20,000 bases of DNA from Plasmodiophora brassicae (Eukaryota), in contig CP145421.1 in the NCBI GenBank assembly GCA_036867785.1, positions 1,103,132 to 1,123,131 on the forward strand, given 5' to 3'. The position numbers and the translations under genes were made by a program. The stretch's first letter is position 1; every line of letters starts with the position of its first letter. The notes beneath the pieces are model-generated. The model did no database searches, was not told the origin of the DNA, and saw only the letters and a list, made by a program, of their open reading frames with translations. Below, one piece after another: positions 11,735-20,000 of the stretch.

Positions 11735-13950
11735 ATTGAGACGTCCCCCGCGTCAAGTCATATTCGGCCGCACGAGCAGATCTCCCAAGGCGGTACAGGC
11801 AGTTGACCTGTGCGGCTGTGTTTAATGAAGAATACGTATGTGTTATGTGTCGGAAACATTGCTTCCGTGCAGTAGAGAAGCTCTGGTGGCCGCTTGCTAC
11901 ATTGGCCGAATGGGACGCGACAGATGGCTTCTCGGTCTTCACACGGAGTTCGGCCACGGTGGCGTCGCTCTACCCTACGCTGGACGCAGAATGGACGGCC
12001 ATTACCCTGAGAATTTCGGCAATTTATTGGTTACCGGCTGTCGCTTTTTTGCGGATGGCGCTCGGCGACGGTCGTAGCGAGCACTGGTCGCCCCGGCTTC
12101 GTGCTCGTTGTGGACCGGCGGCTCGGTCGAGCTGCTGTGCATGTACCTGCATCATGCTGAGCGACATCGATCATTCCTGCTCAGTGAAGGCTTCCTCGGT
12201 CATGAAACCTGCTCCTGGGACTGCGATATGTCAGGAAATTGTGGCCTGGGGGATCACCGTCGTCAGGTACGACGGCGTGTCCAAGTGTGCTCAACGTTCA
12301 CGTTGACGGTCATCTTGGCTTAGAATGTGTCGCGTTTGCGCCGATTCGTTCGCCTTCTCAGGTAGCGCTGGGACCTCCCTGATCGCTCTCGTTGTCGCCG
12401 CGCGCGCCAAACTCACGGTCGTCGTCGCGATGCTCCAGGTCCTGGGTACCGTGCTTTGTGGTGCTGGTCGCGCGGTTCGTGTCGCACTGCTCATGCATGT
12501 CGTCGACCTCTGGTTCATACCCGGGTGCGTCAACGTCCAAATTGCGGGACTTCTGACATCGTCATCGATGTTAACGCGCGTCGCCAGGGTCGTCGGGTTG
12601 GCATGGTTTCAGTGAACTGAGACCGTAACGAAATCTTCCAAGCTTGTCGACAATCGGTCGCATGATTCAGGTGTGGATCTGCCTAAGCGTCGAATTGTTG
12701 CGACTGACGATACGTTGGCTGTAGTCCCACAGCGCCCCCACGAATGTCATCAAGCCAACTCACGAGGTGCCTTGTCAATGGTGCCCAGTTAAAGCGTTCG
12801 TACTAGCTCAGAGCGAACATCGGCGACTGGATGGTCGTCCGTGTCCTCTGCTGCGCCGTGTCGTCATTGATCCACCGTCCGTCCAGCAATTGCGACATCC
12901 ACCCGGTGGATATCTTCACGTTTGAATGGTCAATATCTCGGATAGCTAAGGTGGGCGGAATGTTTATAAATCAGCGAAGTGACTCGGTCAGATATCGACG
13001 CCTTGCGAATAAGACCCGATCATCAATGGAGTAGATGTGGCGCCATCGAAATCAAGGACGTGGTGCTGGACGCTGTCTGCCGGGCGACCTTCGAAATCGA
13101 CGATCGTCTTTTCGACGCGTCCTGCAGCGCATCGAGAAGGCGTTATCGAAGATGACATCGAATACGAGAAGACATCGAATACGAGAACCCGCCCCTTAGA
13201 TTGTGATCTTGGTCATCATGCTTTTGGCATGTGGGAAGCGTATGATTGTCGATCACGGTAGGGTGGAAGTCGTGGACAAACAGGCAATATATCGACTCGT
13301 CGGTTGTCATCTGTCGTCGACACTCACGCGCCTGCCATCGCGTTACCGTTTGCCGTTCCTTCGTATCGTCAGTTCATATTCGCGATCCAAGCGCAAACGG
13401 TGCACGCCCTGAACCGGCAGTCTCCTGTCCGTCATTGTCGATTGCCGATTCGCGTTCGCTATGACGTTCCGACAGGCGCCGCTTTCGTACGGCGCCATTA
13501 TTCAAGAAAGCGACCGGGGACCGCTTAGGCATGCTCAGTCTGCTCTTCTCGACCTTAAAAGGCTGTGTAATCTTTGTCTCTGCCGCCTTGTACTAGGCCT
13601 CAGCATCATCAACACCTTTCATGCCGCTTCGGGGCCGTCCTTGCAAGCGTTTGGCATCAGCTGCGCCAACTACGTGTCGAGGGCGTACAAGATGGTGCCG
13701 ATGTCATAGAGGTGGCACGTCGACCTTACCTAGTGGAGACTAGGCCAGCGTTTGCCGAGCTTGACGACGAGTCCGATCGACCGATAATCCATTGGTCGAA
13801 AACACGCTGGTCATCCGGTTTGACACAGCGTGCGAGCAGAGTCTCGATTGCGAACGACGCCTGACCGTTCATCGTGAGGACGAAATGGCAGCCGTCGAGC
13901 AGCGCCTGACTCACGGCGACGATCGCAGTTGGCACGCGCCTCTGATCCCT
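11735..13950 (-). pseudogene. Decayed 5' half of gene B including a Ulp1 remnant (about 12620-12945) and an acidic tract (about 12360-12540)
   Basis: One frame reads NVKISTGWMSQLLDGRWINDD (W at 12874) ... PLTRHLVSWLDDIR (HLVSWLDDIR at 12769-12740) ... NHATDC (T at 12658), with stops at 12805 and 12685. Further long frames broken by single stops lie on both sides. The outer limit is approximate. Confidence 0.6.
13154..13187. repeat. Perfect 17-bp tandem duplication
   Basis: GACATCGAATACGAGAA occurs twice back to back. Confidence 0.95.
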
Positions 13951-16900
13951 TAGCTTGTGGCAGACGAACCGGTAGCATGCATAACCGCTCGCTTAGTTCA
14001 CATTCTGTGGCGGGCCATGGCAAAGGGCGCTGGAGATGCTATACTATTATTACTGAGAGAGTTCCACCCAAACTGCGAATAAACACGGATTGTAGCTGGT
14101 GCATCATCCGCGAACAATGGCCGGAACGTTCGAACTGTCTGGCCTGGCCACGGTGGCCCTTGCCACTGGTGTTGATGTTAACAACGAGCTCGACCGTCGG
14201 TTCAAGCAACGACGCCTCGGATGATGCTCAGTATGGCACTGTCGAAGGGGGTCGTAAACCGCATGACTATAATGATGCTGCCCATCGGCACCGTCGATGT
14301 TACGAGATGCATGTAGTGTTTCTGCGTGTGTGTATGTGATCAGCATGTATTGACATCTGCCTTTAGCGACTTCTAAATGTACTGATGTGAATACAGCTGA
14401 AACATCATTATTGAGCCGACAAACGGAAGTTGAGAACAGGACGGGGCGAATGGTCACTGCCAGCGGCGCGATGGATGATGTTCGATCTATGGTGACAACG
14501 TTAATATGATGTGACTCTCCAAGCGACGCCGAGGACATCGACCAGCGTCAGAGCCGTGGCGCCAGACGGACGTGCGCGTTCCGATCAGCGAATGCAGCGT
14601 GCCTGGCTAGCGCAGGTCGGATCGATAGATGAAGACGCAGGTCCAGGTGCGGCACGCAACAGGCCAGTTTGACCGGTCGATGGCTCTGGTCGGCGAGCCA
14701 ACAACGCCAGCAGAATGGCGGACACGTGGACGAGATCGACCAGTATCCGATACACGAACACTCTCCAGGCTACCGGTTCACCTGTTGGAATGCATTAATC
14801 ATGAGGGTCGTATCAAGCGAAATGACGGCGAGCAAATCGTACCCATGATCGTATCTCTGCTTTGCGGTCATACTCACCGCGGGGGACCCCAGACAGGACA
14901 ACGTCTTAGACAGGACCCTCGCCTTGCAACGGACGCTGACGTGAATGCCGACCAGCATGACTTGCATGATCTTGTCTCAGGCAGGTCGTCATGCAAACCT
15001 GTACGCACGACCGGTTAGAGGAAACGACGCGAGATAAGGATGCAATGTATCAGGCTGGGCAGCAGGGTGCCGTCACTCACGAATCGCGTGTGGCATTGCG
15101 CGTGCATCAAATCGCGTCAGGTCGACATACAGGACCGGCTGCAGGCGTGTCGGCGGATCACAGCAATAGGAGTGCGAACGCGATGCAGAACTGCTTGGAC
15201 AGTCGGACATGACAGCGTCAACATCGTGGCCCATGCACTCTGGATTGTCGTCAAAGCGGCATGTGAGGCGACCAGATCTACCGGGTCGTACCCCGGTCTG
15301 CGGGTAGTAGGTCTCTGTGTCCGCTGGTGTACCCGCTTAGTAGCGCCTAGCGTCCGTTCAGCCCTGCGGGTCTGTCGCGCGTCCGTGCCGGCATCGTCGT
15401 ACGCGGACTCGGTTGGCGAAGTCCCCGTCGCACAGACGGGGGTCGTTGGCGCACTGCGCACGACGTCCGGTCATCGGTGTGCACGACGGACGCGGGGCTG
15501 GGCGATCGTCTGTTGGCGCTGGTCGTGATGAGCATCGCTCGCGGACGGTTCTCATCGGCATGATTCGCAAAAGGCTGCCAATCAACGGGCTGTCGTTGTG
15601 GGCCTGATAGTGATGGGAGGTGGCACTGATCTGCTGACTGTCACCCATGACGCCGGCATCGTTGTTGATGGACGCGATCGGCTCATGGCGCTGCTCTCCC
15701 GTGAGGTGCTACCATCAACTTGTTGTTTCCAATGGGCCTGACATCCATAACGTTGCGGGTAGGAACGATGTTGCAACTCCTAAATCTGCGCTCCCGCCTC
15801 ACTGGTGTTCCGCTGGCAATGGTGCTGCTGCCGCTGCTGCTGCTGCTTCTGGTGGTGAGATGCACCATCGTCTGGGCATTCGGATCGTGTTTGTTGGTGG
15901 TCGAACTTCGCAACTTGGTTCGCATCTCGGTGGACCTTCAGACGATGTGAACGTGCAACGGGCTGTCCCGTCATGTCAGGTACGATGTCCCATCATTTCA
16001 TGTACGCCGTCTGTTTTATCGACCTAACTGGTAGATAGTTGTTCTAAAGTGCTTGTGCTTCACAGTGCGTTTGTCGATCTTCCCCGTCGAATGAAGGCGC
16101 ATGCCTGCGTTAGTTTGCTGCCGATGCTGACCGATCCGGGTTTCCTGCTAATTTGTTCCGGACGGCGTCTTCGCCATCTGGCCGCTTACACATGTGCATC
16201 AAAGCTGGCCGCGTTCGCAGCCGACCCGTGAAGGCTGGATCGACGTCGTCGGCTGCTGTGGAGTTGATCGGCGCGTGTCCGCAATGTGTTTTGAAACTGT
16301 GTTGAATGCCATTCTGTGGTATTCGACCCAGTTAACTCAGTATGGTCGCCGTTGCTTAATTGTCTCTCACAACCTTATCGAATTGCCATTGATCTGAAGT
16401 CTGCGTGCAGGTACAGGCGATCAATGCGGTTGATGTAACTGTTGGCCCTGAAGGTTTCAGAGCTGCCGAGCACTAATAAATTCGACATATTATCTTCATG
16501 CATCTCTCTCTAAAGGCTTGTCACATGTGCTTGGATTTGTTGTATGTGTCAGCGACGTCGGCAATATCCGTCTCAGAATTATTGTTTAGCGTTGGATTCG
16601 ATAATTTGTGACAGGGCCCAGGCTCGTTGTCAACCGGTAGGCCCCTAATGACAGACACGAGGAATGGCGGCGGCGTCCATGTCAAGCGGATGCGAATGTG
16701 TTCTGTTTCGGGTCAACACTTCGTCAACAGGTACTGAACTCCCGTCATCTGACGCTAAGCCGATATCTACGGCGCCAGCATGCATGCCGGTTTCGGCATA
16801 TTGCCACCGGTTCTGCCAATGCAGCCCGACCACACATGTCGCTGATCATTACGACGGCAGAACGTGTGGGAGCAGGAGTACGTGCGGACACCTGCATCTG

Positions 16901-17269
16901 CTGGCAAATCAAGGGTGCACTTGATGCTGGTAACGTTTCGATCGGTCGCTGACGTTATGGCGGCAGCGGTGGCTGGTGGCCGCGCGTCACCCGTCGATCT
17001 GACCTGGGCGCCCACGTCGGCGGATCGCCAATACCTTCTGGCGAGTTGGCAGCGATTCCAGAAGTGTGACCATTGGCGCCGCATCCGAAATTACGCATGT
17101 CAGGGAGCTGCTCGAAGAGCAATGCAACGATGAATGTCGCACGTTAGCGGCGTTGGACAAGGTTCCGGCAGGGGACAGTGACGAACTGCTGGCAGGAAGT
17201 CGAATCGAGAGGCGCGCACGCGGTGCCATCGACTGCAACTGCCCGGGACCACGACCCATTCGACGCCCT

Positions 17270-17644
17270 TCACTTCTCAGCCATCCTCGTCAAGTCATTG
17301 CGGACGGCAATCGAGATATGACCCGCCGCTGGTGATTGCTGGAGCGCTGATGCGATCAATGCACCATCATGAAGCAACTCCCTAGTCGCTGTCGCCCTAA
17401 TGCTGACATGGCCTACGTGGGAGGGGATCCAGAAATAGTTGCCACTGTCAGTTTCGAGGAGGTATACCGGTATTGGCTGCGGCACTGAAACATGGCAGGT
17501 CGCGACAATATCGTCGATGCTCTCATTACAGTGGCTCTCGAACTTGGGGAGGAGGAGATTAGAAGCACAAAACGCTCTTGCCTCAGGAACACGGGTTTCA
17601 GCTGAAACAGGGGCGAGTCGGGCTAAAAATAGCGCCATCTGCAC
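17270..17644 (-). CDS. Possible hypothetical protein fragment (124 aa)
   Basis: Globular-looking composition (PIPVYLLETDSGNYFWIP). No recognised motif and no ATG at the annotated start. Confidence 0.2.
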   Translation of the reverse strand: MQMALFLARLAPVSAETRVPEARAFCASNLLLPKFESHCNESIDDIVATCHVSVPQPIPVYLLETDSGNYFWIPSHVGHVSIRATATRELLHDGALIASALQQSPAAGHISIAVRNDLTRMAEK

Positions 17645-17679
17645 TATGAAGTCAGAGGGCTAAAAATAGCGTCATCTGC
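17620..17679 (+). repeat. 23-bp direct repeat pair (17620-17642, 17657-17679)
   Basis: GGGCTAAAAATAGCG(C/T)CATCTGC, 1 mismatch, preceded by the palindrome GTTTCAGCTGAAAC at 17595-17608. Confidence 0.9.
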
Positions 17680-17799
17680 CGCCGCCATTGTTTTCTGACG
17701 CCAACGGCCTACGAAGAGACCGTTTTGTGAGGTCGCCGAAATGCCAGCCGCTATGGGACGAATCGGACTTTCCATGAGCGAGACGGCAACAGAACGGCG

Positions 17800-18550
17800 T
17801 CACATGTTCCATGCGTCGATGGCGTGCCCAACAAATCAAGGACGTCGCCGAGCTCCCCATCTGCCTAGCAGGCAGCGCCTGCCTGCCGTTCATGTCGGCC
17901 AGTTGAGCGGCGTCGGTCGGCATGCGAATGCCGGCCTGCCGTCAACGACCCGCCGCGATCCCTGCCGGCGTATATATCGCTGCAGCCAGAACCGTTCACT
18001 ACGAGCAGACCAGGTCGACACGCGCGTAAACCGATCCTGCAGGACATCGTGGTCTCGGACGGCGACGAACGGCAACGTTCGCGGCGATCAGTGCAGGGCG
18101 CGGTGCCCGTCGCCAGTCGAGGGCACGGATATCGCCCCCGCATGCATGCCGACCAGGACAGCCAGGACCAGACGAGCATCGCAGGAAGGTCGGGGAACGA
18201 AGCACCCACGTGTGACAGAGGCTGTCGCCCGATTCCCAGCAAACGGCACGCGTCCGCTGTCGCCAATGCGGGTTGGAGCGCCCCCGACCAGGACTGGGAA
18301 GGTGACAACCGCTCACCGATCTGGTTAGGCAGGTTGTTCGTTCATGTTCGTTGCGGTGGTGCACCCAGTTGAAGTACTCCATAAATGCTGGTGCGGTGAC
18401 GTTCACAGAAGCTCGTGGTGAAGGTCTTCGCGTGCTAACCGGCAGGTCAAATCCGAGGGTTTCCGAAAATAAGAAAATCATCGACCCAACCTGGTTGGGC
18501 AGATTGTGGTTCATGTTCGTCGCGGTGGTGTAGCAACCAGTTGTATTCCC
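17800..18550 (+). pseudogene. Decayed copy 3 (partial) of the plus-strand family
   Basis: Reads KDVAELPICLAGSACLPFMSAS* and QNRSLRADQVDTRV. An internal ~60-bp imperfect repeat lies at 18321-18380 versus 18491-18549. Confidence 0.6.
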
Positions 18551-19545
18551 TATCAGAATGGGGATCAGGCGACGTACCCAAAGGCTCGTGAAGATCGTCG
18601 CGTGGTACATAGCTCCAAGGTCATGCTCCGCAGATAGGCGGCACGAGCGAACGGACCCAAGACGACCACAAGGCATCCGGCTGGGCGCCTTCCGACGACC
18701 GCGACCTGCCTGCGATACCGTCATGCACGTTCATCACAGGTGCGAGCCGTTGTCTGATGCACCGGCGCCCAGGCTGACTATCCCGCTGGAAAGGACACGA
18801 TACCGTGTGGCCTGACGTGTTCCGTCCAGCATGAGCACGTGCAGGCCAGCAGCCGCCCTGTCTAGGCGGGATGTGGCCAGCGTCGCGCCGACCTGCTTCT
18901 CCGCTCAGGCGGCGCCCTGGACGTCCTCCGACCACTGCAAGCGGTCGCACGCTCATGTCCTGCACCATGCGTCGATGGCATGCCCAGCCAACCAAGGGCG
19001 TCGCCGACCTCCCTGTCTGCCTGGCAAGCAGCGCCTGTCTGCCCTTCAGGTCGGCCAGTTGAGCGGGGGCGCCCAGCGCCCGTAGTCGTTGGTCGACATG
19101 CGAACGCCGGCCTGTACCGTCAGCGACCCGCCGCGATCCCTGCCGGGATATCGCCTCAGCCAGAACCGTTCACTACGAGCAGACCAGGTCGACACGCGCG
19201 TAAACCGATCCTGCAGGACATCGTGGTCTCGGACGGCGACGAACGGCAACGTTCGCGGCGATCAGTGCAGGGCGCGGTGCCCGCCGCCAGTCGAGGGCAC
19301 GGATATCGCCCCCGCATGCATGCCGACCAGGACAGCCAGGACCAGACGAGCATCGCAGGAAGGTCGGGGAACGAAGCACCCACGTGTGACAGTTGCTGTC
19401 GCCCGATTCCCAGCAAACGGCACGCGTCCGCTGTCGCCAATGCGGGTTGGAGCGCCCCCGACCAGGACTGGGAAGGTGACAACCGCTCACCGATCTGGTT
19501 AGGCAGGTTGTTCGTTCATGTTCGTTGCGGTGGTGCACCCAGTTG
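17983..19545 (+). repeat. Near-identical 389-bp direct duplication (17983-18371 and 19157-19545)
   Basis: Offset 1174 bp, with only about 3 substitutions seen by eye. Confidence 0.95.
18558..19545 (+). pseudogene. Decayed copy 4 of the plus-strand family, truncated by the telomere
   Basis: Reads RPQGIRLGAF...MHVHHR with intron 18740-18793, then KGVADLPVCLASSACLPFRSAS*. It ends directly at the telomere repeats. Confidence 0.65.
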
Positions 19546-20000
19546 GGGCTTTAGGGTTTTAGGGTTTTAGGGCTTAGGGTTTTAGGGTTTTTAGGGTTTT
19601 AGGGTTTTAGGGTTTTAGGGGTTTTAGGGTTTTAGGGTTTTAGGGTTTTAGGGTTTTTTAGGGTTTTAGGGTTTTAGGGTTTTAGGGTTTTAGGGTTTTA
19701 GGGTTTTAGGGTTTTAGGGTTTTAGGGTTTTAGGGTTTTAGGGTTTTAGGGTTTTAGGGTTTTAGGGTTTTAGGGTTTTAGGGTTTTAGGGTTTTAGGGT
19801 TTTAGGGTTTTAGGGTTTTAGGGTTTTAGGGTTTTAGGGTTTTAGGGTTTAGGGTTTTAGGGTTTTAGGGTTTTAGGGTTTTAGGGTTTTAGGGTTTTAG
19901 GGTTTTAGGGTTTTAGGGTTTTAGGGTTTTAGGGTTTTAGGGTTTTAGGGTTTTTAGGGTTTTAGGGTTTTAGGGTTTTAGGGTTTTAGGGTTTTAGGGT
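19546..20000 (+). repeat. Telomere (TTTTAGGG)n
   Basis: More than 50 tandem units to the window end with the G-rich strand running outward. Variant units are concentrated at the proximal end. Confidence 0.99.

Noticed and set aside
15720-15950. Hydrophobic small ORF with signal-peptide-like poly-Leu
   Set aside because: The hydrophobicity comes from a (GCT)n microsatellite, and there is no supportable mature protein or splice model.
14100-17300. Assorted 60-160 aa ORFs on both strands
   Set aside because: I found no recognisable motifs or consistent exon chain. These are probably decayed coding and intergenic DNA.
17630-17642. AGCGCCATCTG resembles a CTCF site
   Set aside because: CTCF is animal-specific, and the match is short.

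Overview
Eukaryotic, GC-rich chromosome end finishing in a (TTTTAGGG)n telomere from about 19546. The repeat type plus uniformly short (50-80 bp) GT-AG introns fits Plasmodiophora brassicae or a relative; this is an inference, and Chlamydomonas shares the repeat. Splicing the ORF fragments by eye gives two large minus-strand genes. Gene A (ATG 4182, 6 exons, runs off the left edge, at least 1295 aa) joins an intact Ulp1/SENP (peptidase C48) domain to an acidic linker and a large unknown domain. Gene B (about 11734 to 7448, 5 exons, about 1340 aa) joins an unknown domain and an Arg/Ser repeat to a catalytically dead USP (C19) fold, and is preceded by a decayed Ulp1 remnant. To the right of each gene lie a short direct-repeat pair and decayed copies of a plus-strand gene family with a conserved 53-54 bp intron. 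The window therefore looks like two diverged tandem copies of one large subtelomeric unit, the last cut off and capped by telomere. No database searches were run.
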